Source of the DNA: Octopus sinensis
Lineage: Eukaryota
DNA: 64,000 nt
Reading direction: 5' to 3'
Assembly: GCF_006345805.1 (NCBI RefSeq)
Contig: NC_043008.1
Location: 5,642,001-5,706,000, forward strand
Shown: one piece after another, positions 40,044-54,843 of the stretch
Layout: each line of letters starts with the position of its first letter
Numbering within the stretch: position 1 is the first letter of the stretch
The notes under the pieces: model-generated
Databases searched by the model: none
The model's input: only the letters and a program-made list of their open reading frames with translations
What the model was told of the DNA's origin: nothing
Position numbers and translations under genes: made by a program

Positions 40044-40259
40044 CGAGGGGTGCTGAAAGGATCTTAGCTTTGAGTAAAAGAAAATATAGGCAGATCAGTT
40101 AATTTTAATGATTTTATTTAACAAATTCTCCTCTCAGATCCACAAACCTATTGCAGCGCTCCTTCAGTTTTTCTAAGCTTTGTAAAAGAACTCGGAATTC
40201 TGGGCATCCAACTAGGCCTTAAAACACCATAAAAGCCTGGAACTTTTCGATACTCATCG
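40044..40259. mobile_element. Mariner-type MITE, diverged
   Basis: Imperfect TIRs CGAGGGGTGCTGAAAGGATCTTAGCTTT / AAAGCCTGGAACTTTTCGATACTCATCG followed by TA. Confidence 0.7.
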
Positions 40260-40492
40260 TATATACTGACATTTTAGAACGAAAAGCCATTAATCGCAAG
40301 TTTGCAATAAACTAGCGAAAAGTGTATCGCATTAGGTGTAAGGCCAAAGCCTGAAGGGTGTGAAAGCTTCGGCACCTGGGTGACGATATTTAAGTTTATG
40401 GCGACGAAATCGAGGTAAACGGCAACATAGTCTAGAACTAAGATAACGAATCTGAGGTTGGTGATGAGGAATTTAGGGGGGAAACTCTGTAA

Positions 40493-40538
<46 letters not shown>

Positions 40539-40896
40539 AACCTACGCACGCATGCATACATGTACGTATATATCTATATATATATGTATGTATATATATT
40601 GCATGAATACATATATGTATATATGTATGTGTGTATACGCCCACACACACACACACACCCACACACACACACTCTAGATATATATATTATATATAATATA
40701 TAGACTATAATTATATACATACACAAACATAGATATGCATACGCACATATCTATATGTGCTAATTATTTATTCCGCGTTCACTTCCATTTTAATGAGCGG
40801 CGAAGATTTTGCCCTCGAAATTCCGTGTCATTAATTAAAATCAACATGCTGCGTCTTCTTCATATTTAATTAAATTTCAATTTTCATCAAATGCTC

Positions 40897-40960
40897 CCTT
40901 AATAAAGCAGGCAGAAATGTTTCGACATGATTCTGCCTCATCAGTGCAGCGTAATTAAGG
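40897..40960 (-). ncRNA. Type I hammerhead ribozyme-like motif
   Basis: Minus strand CCTTAAT-TAC-GC-T-GCA-CTGATGA-GGCA-GAATCA-TGTC-GAAA-CATTT-C-TGC-CT-GC-TTT-ATTAAGG: both core boxes, stem II and an extended stem I. Confidence 0.7.
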
Positions 40961-41223
40961 CGACAATAATTGTATTGTTTCTAGAATGGAAAAGTGAAAA
41001 ATTTGAAAATTTGTCGGTAAAAGGAAAAGAAGAGAAGATAAAAACAATGAAATAGTTTGAAGTTCTTTTCGGTTCCAGTTATGTGGGAGGCAGGTTTCAA
41101 TTGTCAAAGACAATCATAGATTTTGCGTTGAATAATTGCAATAAGTAGCGGTAGGCTTTTGTAATAGGCTCCATGTTCGTTTCACACACACACTCAAACA
41201 TGTACTGATACGCAGACGAAATC

Positions 41224-41665
41224 TGTGTGTGTGTGTGTGTGTGTGTTCGTGAGAGTGTGTGTGGGTGTTTGAGTGTGTGAGTGTACGAGTGTATGTGCAT
41301 GTGTTTGTGTGTGTGTGGCTGTGTGTGTGTTTGTGTGTGTGTCCGTGTTTGTGGTTGAGCGTGTGTGAGTGTGTGTGTGTTTGTGTGTGTGTGTGAACGT
41401 GAGAGTATGTATGTGTTTGTGAGTGTGTGAGTGTCTGTGCATGTGCATGTATGTTGGTGAATGTGTGTATTTGTGTGTGTGTGTGGTGTGTGTGAATGTG
41501 TGAGTGTGTATGTGAGAGTGTGTGAGTGTGTGTTTGTGCATGTATGTTGGTGAGTGTGTGTGTTTGTGTGTGAGTGAGCGTGTGTCAGTGTGTGTGTGAA
41601 TGCGAGTGAGTGAGTGTGTGTTTGTGTGTGAATGTATGAGTGTGAATGTGTGTGTGTGTGTGTGT
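41224..41665. repeat. Degenerate (TG)n array
   Basis: Directly visible. Confidence 0.95.
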
Positions 41666-41999
41666 TGGTGTTGCGTGGGTTGGAGACTGATGTTCCCGTT
41701 TCAAGACTAAGCTCTTGGGGTCACCAGATAACGTAAAATATTCCTTTACAAAGTCATTCACAAATATACGGTGGCGGCAGGGGAGAGATATTTTTCAACA
41801 GCGTTCCGAAGCTCGTTTCTGATTGGTTGTTCATTCTTTTTTAAATACGAAAGAAGAATCTTGCCAAAATGCTATTCTCACTCATTAAATGGCGTACAGC
41901 GAATAGTTTCTGAATATTTAACTTCACATTCTTTCCTCTAGACATTTTGTTTTTATATTTCAGACAGCGATGCCTGGATCAGATTGCTTCATCGGCGTA

Positions 42000-42790
42000 A
42001 TACATATACACATACATACATACATACATACATACATACATACATACATACACACATACATGCATACATACATGCATACATACATACATACATACATACA
42101 TGCATACATACATACATACATACATACATACATACATACACACATACATGCATACATACATACATACATGCATACATACAATTATACATACTACATAATA
42201 CATACATACATACATACATACATGCATACAACATACATACACATACATGCATGCATACATAATACATACATACATACATACATACATACATACATGCATA
42301 CATACATACATACATACATGCATGCATACATACATACATACATACATGCATACATACATACATACATACATACAGACATACATTACATACATACATGCAT
42401 ACATACATACATACATGCATGAATACATACATACATACATACATGCATGATGCATACATACATACATACATACATACATACATACATGCATACATACATA
42501 CATACATACATGCATGCATACATACATACATACATACATACATGCATACATACATACATACATACATACATGCATACATACATACATACATACATACATA
42601 CATACATGCATACATACATACATACATACATACATACATGCATACATACATACATACATACATGCATACATACATACATACATACATACATGCATACATA
42701 CATACATACATACATGCATACATACATACATACATACATGCATACATACATACATACATGCATGCATACATACATACATATATACACATA
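42000..42790. repeat. About 790-bp (TACA)n/(TGCA) array
   Basis: Directly visible; source of the longest ORF-track entries. Confidence 0.97.
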
Positions 42791-43048
42791 TGATATTATA
42801 TCCTACTATTTGCATATATATGGAGTAGTGTTACTTCATACTTATAATTCTAACTATACGGTACATTATTTTGCTGGATAAAATATTATTGTATTTTAAT
42901 AATATTAATATATGAAATATAATATAATATATATGTGTGTGTATATATATATATATTTACATACATATACTCACACGCACGAACACAGACATACAAACAG
43001 ACACACACATGTACCCGCATAAATGTGATAAATGGACACACACATACA

Positions 43049-43090
<42 letters not shown>

Positions 43091-43728
43091 ACACACACAC
43101 ATAGACATATATCAATTTTATAGCCATTAATGTGCTCTAGCCGAAATGAACGAGACTACATATATTTTGCGATCGAAGAAGAACGAAAAAAGTAGCACCA
43201 TTCCACCATTCCTTGTACACCGGAAAAATATTTTGGAAAGAAGCGTTAAAAATATCACGCGATGAGAGAAATGTTCACATTTACGCACTGTCGTGGAATA
43301 AAACGCGTATATAGATATACAAATGCATATACACCTACACACACACATATATATATACATATGCTATGTTCTATGTAAAAATTATGGACTATTTTCCGAT
43401 ATTTTTCTTGCGTATCATCTGCATCTCTATGAGAGATCAAGGATATATATTTTACATAGTGAAATAACATTTCTTTTTATAAGAGAAACAATTCCAGTAG
43501 CTTTTGCATATCGAATTTATTTCCATCGTTCTTTTTTCTATGATAAAATTGATGCTGCCATAAAAATTAGTCGGCTAACATTGGCTGTGGGTCATGATTC
43601 TTAGTCTTGTCATTCGGCAGTTAGTAATAACGCCGTTGTTTCACAGACGGCAAAGAATTTATGTTCTTCGGCTTCAAAATTATTTCCCCTTAAAGTGAAT
43701 GGAATAATATCAGTAGTCAATTTGATAA

Positions 43729-43832
<104 letters not shown>

Positions 43833-43883
43833 CTTATATATATATATATACAAATATATATATATATATAGATATTATATATA

Positions 43884-43936
<53 letters not shown>

Positions 43937-43989
43937 TATATATATACATATATATATACATACAAATATAAATGTATACATACATACAT

Positions 43990-44349
43990 CTTTTTACTTC
44001 TTTTACTTGTTTCAGTCATTTGACTGCAGCCATGCTGGAGCACCACCTTTAGTCGAGCAAATCGATCCCAGGACTTGTTCTTATTCTGTCGGTCTCTTTT
44101 TGCCGAACCGCTAAGTTACGGGGAAGTAAACACACCAGCATCGGTTGTCAAGCAATTCTAGGGGGACAAACACCGACACACAAACATACGCACACATACA
44201 TATATACGACAGGCTTCTTTCAGTTTCCGTCTACCAAATCCACTCACAAGGCTTTGGTTGGCCCGAGGCTATAGTAGAAGACACTTTCCCAAGATGCCAC
44301 GCAGTGGGACTGAACCCGGAACCATGTGGTTGGTAAGCAAGCTACTTAC

Positions 44350-44353
<4 letters not shown>
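43990..44353 (-). mobile_element. SINE family B, left member of head-to-head pair
   Basis: Reverse complement of family B, lacking the first about 15 nt. Confidence 0.92.
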
Positions 44354-44394
<41 letters not shown>

Positions 44395-44425
44395 TGTTGT
44401 ATTTATATATATATATATGTATATA

Positions 44426-44790
44426 TGTGGTAAGTAGCTTGCTTACCAATCACATGGTTCCAGGTTCAGTCCCACTGCGTGGCATCTTGGGAAAGTGTCT
44501 TCTACTATAGCTTTGGGCCAACCAAAGCCTTGTGAGTGGATTTGGTAGACGGAAACTGAAAGAAGCCTGTCGTATATATGTATGTGTATGTATGTTTCTG
44601 TGTTTGTCCCTCTAGCATTGCTTGACAACCGATGCTGGTGTGTTTATGTCCCCCGTCACTTAGCGGTTCGGCAATAGAGACCGATAGAATAAGTACTAGG
44701 CTTACAAAGAATACGTCCTGGGGTCGAATTGCTCGACTAAAGGCGGTGCTTCAGCATGGCCGAGTCAAATGACTAAAACAAGTAAAAGAG
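44426..44790 (+). mobile_element. SINE family B, right member of head-to-head pair
   Basis: Colinear with 4508-4950. Confidence 0.92.
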
Positions 44791-45964
44791 TGTGTATATA
44801 TATATATACACACATTCCGATGAGACAATCAAATCCAGGCGTCTCTGTCTGAAATAAAAATAATGTAGATGAAACACGGTGAAATTAAATATTCAGAAAA
44901 TGTCTGCTGTTCGTCTTTTAATCTTTTGTATGTCTCATACATGAGCAGGGAATGGGTGTACGCCTCTTCTAAAATTCTGTTTTATAATATTTAGATTCAA
45001 TGTTTTAACATGGCTGAATTATTTTCAATGAAAGGAGTAGTAGTGGGAAGAGGAGAAGATGTATTGGTAATCCGCACCCTGCTTTGTCGTTCAGCTGCCA
45101 TTGCTGTTGGAAAGAGATTCAACGTGACTGTCGCTGAAACCAAGCCAAATGAGAGATTCCTCTCTGTCCCCGAAGACTAAACACGAACAACAACGACAAA
45201 ACCAATAAACGTCGTTAACAACGAAATGAACGAAACTAACTTGGTCATCCCCAGTTACAACGATTGCGATAGAAGTAACAAAAAAAAGAAAATCTAGAAC
45301 GACAGCAAGTAAAACAGCAACAACAACAACAACAACGGTAGTATCTACAACAGCAACATGGACTCATCAATTACCACAAACTCAAAGTCAATCCAGTCGT
45401 TTGGTAGAGAAGTGCAAACGTAGATTGACGTAGGAGTAATAGACGTCACCAAATTCAATCTGAGACAACAGCATTGCTTAGCCAGGCAAGATCTAATCAT
45501 GATTTCCAAAGAAGAAGAAGAAGAAGAAGAAGAAGAAGAAGAAGAGAAGAAGAAGAAGAAGAAGAAGAAGAAGAAGAAGAAGAAGAAGAAGAAGAAGAAG
45601 AGAGATGGAGGGAGATAGAGGGAGGGAGAAAGATAGAGAAGTATAGGCAAAAACATCACTTATAAATATATTAACAGATGAGTTAATAATCCAACATCAG
45701 CACAAACTGAGAAATGCTTGAAAGTTGTGTGGAACCGGTGTGACGTTTGAGAAGAGGAAAACGCTCAGCCTCAACGAAGAAAAACAATAAAAAATGCACA
45801 AATGCTTGCTTCAACGAGGAATATGAACCCCTACCTCATATTTAGAGAACCTACGTGTCAATTGAAGTACATATAATGCTACTACTTGATAGCACAGGGT
45901 AAAATCTGAAGGTGGACGAGCTTTATACTGTATTCTACTACGTTCCTTACAGAATATACCATAA

Positions 45965-46107
<143 letters not shown>

Positions 46108-47028
46108 AAATATAGAAGTTTTCCTCTGCGTATTCTTTTTGTTTTATTTTAAATGTAGAAATAGAAGACCAAAGGATTCAAAATGAATCTGAAAATCAAT
46201 TAGCTCATGTACATCAAATTCTGATGACAATTTTAATTTTCCTAAGCAAAATGTTTTTAAAATACTTGCAAAAGTAGAATTGTCGATTCATTCGAGCCAT
46301 ATCACAGACATAGAGTTCTTATTTGGTTTTAAACTTGTTAATGTTGATTCTACGCTAAAATATATAGAGTAAGGCAGTTTACAATTCTCATATCGGAATA
46401 AATAAGCGAAACATGTATGTATAGCAAGTAAAGTGAAACATCTCTATGGCTTACTAAACATATCAACTTAAGAAGAGAAAAGAATGAGGTTTGTAACAAC
46501 GATCACTTAAAAACCGTTTGTGTTTTACAGGAAAAGTAATGGATACATCTGATAGCAGTTCTATGACATCTCACATTAAGACTATTTCTCCTTTATACAG
46601 GAAAGTTGCTGGCTGTTACAATTGCAGTTTCAACACGTCAAATACTGAGAACAGAGACGATTCTACATTGCTGTAGCAAATTGTGTACACCCAGTTTTCT
46701 TAGTTGCTATATTTTTTCAGCAAGTTTTTCAGCAAGTTAGAAAACGATCGCAATTTGACATTTTAACTTGGAATAAATGTTAACGAGAAATTAATGACGG
46801 GTCAACAGATAGAAGGCGGAGTTACCGAATGTGTTATAGAAGAGAATGTCGCGAAGTTGTTGAAAGAAGAAACAGAAAGCGATAAGCAAACATTCTCAAA
46901 CTAACGTATTTATTCTCGTTACTCGACAATCAGAAAACTGTTTAAATAAGTTAGAGTTTTGGTAATTATGCAACTGTATCTTTGTTGTCTCTTTTAGTGC
47001 ATATGTACAAGAGAAATACAAGAATATA

Positions 47029-47357
47029 CGCTGTGGTATCAGAAAGTTCTCGGGCTAGTTCTGTAGCGCGCCAACAGGTGGCGGTATACGGTTGCGCGCG
47101 CAATGAGAGTTAGCAGTGAGTGTCTTGAGGCGGTGTGCCGAGTGATATTGCTGTGTTTACTTCGCCATTAGTGATATTTGTGTTTTAGTGATTACGTGTA
47201 TGCTGTAGTCTGCGGATTTGTCATGGACAAGAACAAAGAGCTAACGAGAAATTTTGCATTAAACTTGGGAAGTCTGCTACAGAGACATTGAGCATGCTTC
47301 GGCAAGCTTACGGCGAAGGGAATGGGTTGTATGTTATGTTTCGAGTGGCATGAGCAT
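47029..47357 (+). mobile_element. Mariner 5' relic
   Basis: TA|C...TCAGAAAGTTC TIR-like start; KFCIKLGKSATETLSMLRQAYGE...CFEWH matches the mariner N-terminal HTH. Confidence 0.8.
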
Positions 47358-48514
47358 CGTGGTGACCACAGCATCACATAGTGCGACACCTGACTAGGAT
47401 GAGGATGATGAGCTGTGAATACTATAGGGAGGTGATAGTATGTGTTTTAACGAGCTTCTATGAGGTCGAGCCTCCACCCGAACTACACAAACTCTACAGG
47501 CAACTCCGGGAGTAGTTTTGGAATAGCTGTGTCTTGAAGTCTCATATCACGCGGGAAAAAGGAAAGACTGGACTTTTCTTTTTAGTAATTCTGTGTTTTA
47601 TACAATAGAAATCACGATTCTGAAAGTTTTTTCAAAAATTTCTATTTTTCTACACAGCGTCTCACTTCTGCACCCATTTCCTTTGCCATGAGATGTGGGA
47701 TTGGGTTTGTGAGCAACAGTTATTCCGAAAATAGGATTGAATTTTATTTTTAAGAAAAATGATGTATGTGCCAGAATGTTGTCTGAATTTTATCGAGGAA
47801 GAAGAAGCAGGCCTTTGAAGTTAACCGACATTTCATTTCAGCTGGCACAAGATAATATTGGCTGAATAAATAACGGAAGGTGTGTTTGCGCTCATAGCAG
47901 GCGGTTTAGCATTTGCTCTTACATATTGCCAAATATAGTAACGTTGGTACAACTCCCCCCCCCCCAACAAAACAAAACCGAAAAGGGAAATGTCTTATTA
48001 TCTAGATGACTAATCTAAACAGATATACAGGATCGATTCCAGGAAAGATCTGTCACAAGATATATTTTGTTGGTGATGAAAGCAAGATAAAATCGTATGA
48101 TTTCGCTCATTTTTCTGCATTTTGCAGAGTTCCATAACAAAGTAATTTTAAGGTAGGTTGCTCTAAAGGGATTTGGCTTTGCTGTTTCTGGCTTTGGCAG
48201 ATTGATTACTCTATCCTCTCCGAAATCCTACATTTTTTTCTATATTAAGTAGAAGCGATACGAAAGGTCTTATAGAAATAAGGTTTTTGAGAGTATGTCG
48301 CAAGTATTCTTTACCATTAAATATTGTTTTCTAATATTATTTTTCTTTTAATTTTAATAATTTTTGATTTGTGATTTTGTCATGTTTAGTTTTGGTACTC
48401 CACTTTCTAATAACCACCAAAAAGTTTAATTTTCCTTCAGTCCCTCGAAAAAATGGAGGTACTGTTCGTAAGACAGCAGATTGTGGCAATCAGCGACATG
48501 AAAAAGTAACGCTC

Positions 48515-48802
48515 ACGTAACGGCAGACGAAATGCCGCTAAACATTTCGACTGGCGTGCTAACGTTTCTTATTTCTTTATTGTCCACAAGGGGCTAAACA
48601 CAGAGAGGACAAACAAGGACAGCCAAACGGATTAAGTCGATTATATCGACCCCAGTACGTAACTGGTACTTATTTAATCGACTCCGAAAGGATGAAAGGC
48701 AAAGTCGACCTCGGTGGAATTTGAACTCAGAACGCAACGGCAGACAAAATACCGCTAAGCATTTCGTCCGGCGTGCTAACGTTTCTGCCAGTTCGCTGCC
48801 TC
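48515..48802 (-). mobile_element. SINE family C plus extra head fragment
   Basis: Reverse complement of 16011-16240. Confidence 0.9.
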
Positions 48803-49650
48803 AACATCAAACTTACGTCTCTGTATTTTTCGCTACATTTCATATATATAAAGATGACACTACACATTTGTCTCCCCTTATACAGAACCTGATAAAAATT
48901 CCAGAAGTTTTTGTCGTTAAATCAAGCACTTAGTCGAACTAAATTCAATTTACAAAGATCATTTTATAAAACACACGATGTTTGAGGTTATAGCGGTCAA
49001 CCAGAAGCCAAATATATTTAGACATAACTGGTATCAAATAATAAACCACAATTCAAAATAATGTACCACAAATCCGTTTAGAATTTTCTTTAATCTAAAC
49101 TTTACTACTTCTCAGGAAAAGCTAGTCAGCGAACCACCCTCTGCTGCAAGTTATAGGAAAAGTATGCTGTTTACTACCACTAAGTATATTATTTTCAGCT
49201 AATACCTCAAGCTATAAAACTGCCATAATTATATATTTTATTCCGGATAATTTGCTTACATGGTGTACATTCTATTTCTGCTATACCTTTTTACTCACTG
49301 TCCAGCCTAACATTACGTCTTGCTCGATGGTAAAATGTAGACGTACTTTTAGTGATAAAGTCTTCAATTATAGAATACATCAGAGAAAGGCAGAAAGTGA
49401 GATTGCGGTAAATTACACGTTGAGTAATCTTGACAAATCGATGGAGAAAATAATAAACAAAAAAAAAAAAAAAAAAAAAATTTTCTTAAAACTGTATAAA
49501 CTGTATCAACGGTCTTGCTATGTCATCAACGGGTTGGTATTTGTTTGGTAGGGTTATCACACAGGATATGAAAATGAACGACGATTATTGCGTTTCATAT
49601 ATACATATACACGCATATATATATATATACATACATAATACATACATACA

Positions 49651-49761
<111 letters not shown>

Positions 49762-50867
49762 TATAATATATATATATATATATAATATATAAATATATAT
49801 ACATAATGTATGTATGTAAGTATGTGTGTGGTGTGTGTATTGGTTTGATTATATTCTCGTTGTTACTAAGTTGACATTAGCTCATTTTCTGTTGCTTTGA
49901 AAATATTCTTTGAGGTGCATTAACCAAATTCGAAATACAAACCTTTCTATGGTAAATTTCTATACAAATTGCCATTTCACACAAGACAGATTGTTTATTG
50001 TGCTTCGTTAGACTTTGATCTAAGAAACCGCCACTTACCACTTCTCTGATAATTGGGTGGTTCAGGCATATAATTGTTTTTCTTCATTATTCGGTACGTT
50101 GATAGTATAATTGCGTATAAGTTAGGATTTTATTCATCAGGGGATGAATTTGTTCATTACATCTTGATTTAATGATTTTTGTTATGTAAATGCAGAGCCT
50201 AAATTTTTCTCAGTGGAGTTTGGTCTCCGAGTTCAAATATTAAATACATAAGATGAAAGCTGTATGAATCAGAATATAAATATAATAATGTAACATAGTT
50301 ATGATATTAAGCGAAGATCTCGAATATACGCTATAGCAACGAAAAATGATACACTACCACGATAAAAAAAAGTCGCCTATATGCTAAAGAAAACGAAAAT
50401 AATACACGTATGACATGCATGAGGTGTGTTAGTCCGTGGGTGACCTCAAACGCGTGTAAACAAGTGTTTTTTGTATATTTGTTGATATATATATTACCAG
50501 AATAATCTTATTCATATTCTTCGCTTCTTTTAGATGTTTCAGTCATTAGAAAATGCAGCCATATTGAACCAACTTCAAGTCTACCAATCACGGAATCGAT
50601 TTTTCTGTTTCATACTTAAAATAGTAGAACCATAAACAACTCCTGTTATGGACTGTAAGCATAAAAACACACATGCACACTCATATACACACGGTTTTAT
50701 ACACACACACACACACACATGTATATATATATATACGTATAGGCATACATGTATAAGATGCAGTGGACTTATCGTTGAGTGCCTGAATAACACCTTGTAG
50801 CTTCATCTGAACTGCGAATACGAGTTCTAAATCGAGTTATTAGTCTCATAATGCATAAGCGAAGTAT

Positions 50868-50944
<77 letters not shown>

Positions 50945-50950
<6 letters not shown>

Positions 50951-51150
50951 ATCCAAACATGAACAGAGAGAAAACACAACAACGCGAGGACGTGGAACAA
51001 TTATAGTGTTATTGGACGCTCAGGAAAGGAAAGAAAGAATGAGGATTTAACGTTTCGAGCGGAGCTCTTCGTCAGAAACATAGAAAAAGGAAAGGTTCAA
51101 GGAAGGGAAGACGGAGGAAAGAGAATCGCCAACGATACACACGCGGCCAC
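50945..51150 (-). mobile_element. Second copy of hammerhead-bearing Penelope-like short element
   Basis: Reverse complement of 23290-23495; motif at 51045-51079; flanked by (TA)n on both sides. Confidence 0.7.
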
Positions 51151-52072
51151 ATATATATATATATAGTTGAAATTTACAGAAAAACAAAAGACGAAGAGAG
51201 GTTTATAAACAACAAACAAGTGTATTAGTTTCTTATACATGCATTTCAGTCCGACTCTTAAAGCTGTTTTAATATACTTATTAACAATAAAAAAAAATCT
51301 TTAAAATGCAGAAGTAATAAAAAAAGAAACATTTATACTTGTAAAAAATTTCCAAATTTCTGTGGCTCAATATTGCTAAGTCGGCCAATGCCGGAGAAAA
51401 TTAATTTAAAAGCTCACCAAAAGATGTTTATTTGTTAAGGGAATCTGCATAGTCCTCTCAAAACCAGGCCGATTACATCAACGTAGATTTCGGTGAGGAA
51501 TGCACTGAGACCCATGAATGGAATATTTAAATGCAACTGAAGCTTTGATTAAGAAAATCCTATCAATTGTGAATGAAGATTCCAATTAAATGCGAAAGTA
51601 TTCTCACAGAAAATTCTATATTTTGTATTCTTGAGGCTATTCAAGTTTAGGTCGCTACATTTATGGCGGTTAACAAGCAGTTTATATATTTATCAATTAC
51701 TTTCTTTACTACATTGAAAATAGAAAATAAAAGTAACATTCAGTTATTGATTAAAAGAAATAAAACATTTTTTTGCCGAAATACCAAAAGTCACTTCAGA
51801 GCCTCGACAAAAATAAACGAAAGATCAACGGCCCTTGGCTTTTATTAAGCTGACACTTGATAAATGAACTCAAGCACAAATGCTGACCTATATTGAAACA
51901 CGGGCAAATGACTTGCATTCATATGCAAACCGTTGTATGAAAAGCAACTTTTAATTTTCAGAACAATTTATAAGAATGCTTGCAAAGTTACTATAGACCG
52001 AACCAATAAAGCTGAATAATTCTGACAGCAGAGTCGAGCCACGACATCGAACATAATAAAATAACACCTTAC

Positions 52073-52107
52073 CAAAATGATTTTCCAAATACAATGTTGC
52101 CATATTG
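52073..52107 (-). other. Candidate 35-nt exon
   Basis: Acceptor TTTTTTTTTTTATCTTCTCCTCTGCAG and donor TTG|GTAAGG; contains AATATGG start-codon context. Confidence 0.5.
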
Positions 52108-52479
52108 CTGCAGAGGAGAAGATAAAAAAAAAAAATTATACGAATTATTTAAAGTCATGTGAGGGGGAATATTCACCTGTGTTACAGGTGAACTTATCTG
52201 GTAGGCAAGTCACCGAGGTAAAATGTGGAAGGGCAGAACTGGATTAGAATATTATTAGTTCAAAGACGCAAATGAAATTTTCTCTACAGTCCGTTCAAAT
52301 ATATTCATGTTTGTGAGATTCATGGTTGTAACGTATTTTAATTTAGTACGTATTATTCACTCACATACACACACACACACAAGCATACAAACATGCATAT
52401 ATATATCCAGACATATATATTTATGCCTGCATATATTACATACATATTATATATGCATATATACATACATATATATATG

Positions 52480-52518
<39 letters not shown>

Positions 52519-53455
52519 ATGTATATAAACATGCATATATACATTTATATATATATACATGCATATATATACATATATATATACATATATATACATGTAT
52601 ATATATGTATATAAACATGTATAAATATACATGTATACATATGTATATAAATATACATGTATATATATACATATATAAAAATGCATGTATATTTACATAT
52701 ATATATGTATATAATCATACATGTACAAACATGTACACGCATATGTATGTGTATGTATACATACCCACACACACATATATACAAATGTATGTGTATATGT
52801 ATGTGTATATATATATAATATATATATATATATAATATATATATATATGTATATAAGCACACATACGTATGTACACACATGGATGTATGTATTATTTCCC
52901 CCCTTGCAATATATATATATATATGTATGTATGTATATAAGCACACATACGTATGTACACACATGTATGTATGTACTATTTTTATTATTTCCCCCCCTTG
53001 CAATATTTATATATTTCTGTACGAATTGATTTGTTTCGACTCTGTTTATCCAATCAAAACTTTATCTTTGAAACAGTTATTTCGTTTTCTCTCTTTTTAA
53101 GCATCAACTCACTACAAACTTTTACTTAACCGTTGTCATACAAAGTTTTTCTACGAATGTTTTAGTTTAAACTGGAAAGGAAAATGTTTAAATGAATGCG
53201 GTACTTTCATATAATGTAATTACATTCATTGTTGTTAAACTTCATTAAGCGCAAATTAGGTTATTTCCATTGTAATTCTTCCTACCCTGCCTAGGAAAGA
53301 AATTATTTATAAGTTTTGAAAGCAAATATCTTTCCTAATTTCCGTGTACAAGCGTGTATGTGATGACAGTGTTTTACAATGCGTAGAACACTTAGACCCA
53401 TGTATACGCATGGGTTGATTAAAATGAGTATTTTTGCACGTATAAGGGAAAGAGA

Positions 53456-53494
<39 letters not shown>

Positions 53495-53650
53495 TGTATG
53501 TCTATGTATTTATCTGTGTATTAGTTTTTTCTATCTCCACTATCTCTCCCTCATTGTGTGTATGCGTGCATATATGTGCGCGTGGATATGTAAGATCAAA
53601 ATAATACAGTAAAATTATATGCCCGTAATTAATATATGAAAAAAAGAAAA

Positions 53651-53865
53651 AAGGCGGTGAGCTGGCAGAATCGTTAGCACGTCGAACAAAACGCTTAGCG
53701 GCATTTCATCTGTCTTTACGTTCTGAGTTCAAATTCCACCGAGGTCAACATTGCCTTTCATCATTTCGGGAGCGATAAAATAAGAACCAGTTGAGCACTG
53801 GGGTCAATGTAATCGACTTACCTACTTTCCCGAATTGCTGGCTTTGTGCCAAAATTTGAAACTAA
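53651..53865 (+). mobile_element. SINE family C with alternative tail
   Basis: GGCGGTGAGCTGGCAGAATCGTTAGCAC head; tail GGCTTTGTGCCAAAATTTGAAAC. Confidence 0.88.
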
Positions 53866-54032
53866 TGTATTAAAGAAAGTTGTGTTTTATGCCAGAAATG
53901 TCGTGAAGTGTGGCACAAAATTCTTTAAGTTTACATATCTATAGATATTTGAACTTTTTAATGTCGAATTTGGTAGGTTTATATATTGTACTTGCAACGC
54001 ATCCCAGCGTTGTATCGAGAACATAGCAATCG

Positions 54033-54783
54033 GAAGAAATTTAGGAATAAAATATGGTGGGAGGGGCGCAAATGACACCTCGGACATGCTAGAAACAACA
54101 GGTAAAGGACAGGAGTTTTTGGAAAAAATCCTTTTAAGTTTGTATTAAGGATCAAGTTTTTTTTTGATACGATCAGGTTGTTAAATACAGAATAGAAAAA
54201 CATCATTCAATTGGATTTGAGCTGTAATTTTGCGCATACACACATACAGCAACACATAACATAATTCGTACAGAAGTTTTATCTAAAGAGAGGGAGAGAG
54301 AGAGAGAGAGAGAGTGTGTGTGTGTGTGTGCCAAAGGAAGTTATTTTATGGCATTCTTTTGTTTGAAGCAGCCAAGTTGTCAACTCGATCATATGGTCAA
54401 TCATATGGGATCATTTGCTTTTTCGTTAATTTCCATATAAATTTTTTATGTCTTTATGCTTTGAAGAGAGCAGAAATTGAAAGAGAGGAGAAAGTGAAAA
54501 GGGAACATTTGCTTTGAAGTGAACTCCTAGTGCGAAACCGATTGGTAAGATAAGCCATGATGGATATATGATACTGTACACTTCGATTAATATATATATA
54601 TATACAAAGAAATTTAGAAATAAAATAAGGTATGGGGGGTGCAAATGTTACCTCGGACATGCTAGAAACATCAGGTAAAGGACAGGATTTTTGGGAAAAA
54701 ATTCCTTTTAAGTTTATATTAAAGATCAAGTTTTTAAATACGATCAGGTTGTTAAATGCAGAATAGTAAAACACCATTTCAAT
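54033..54783. repeat. About 180-bp local direct repeat (54033-54211, 54607-54783)
   Basis: Shared GCAAATG..ACCTCGGACATGCTAGAAACA.CAGGTAAAGGACAGGA...ATACGATCAGGTTGTTAAAT; first copy preceded by an eroded Helitron-like end near 53990. Confidence 0.85.
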
Positions 54784-54792
54784 ACTCACACA

Positions 54793-54843
<51 letters not shown>

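Noticed and set aside
41970-42881. Longest ORFs (up to 278 aa, MYVC/HTYI repeats), likewise at 5383-6205 and 33956-34340
   Set aside because: Pure translations of (TACA)n microsatellite, open in several frames on both strands
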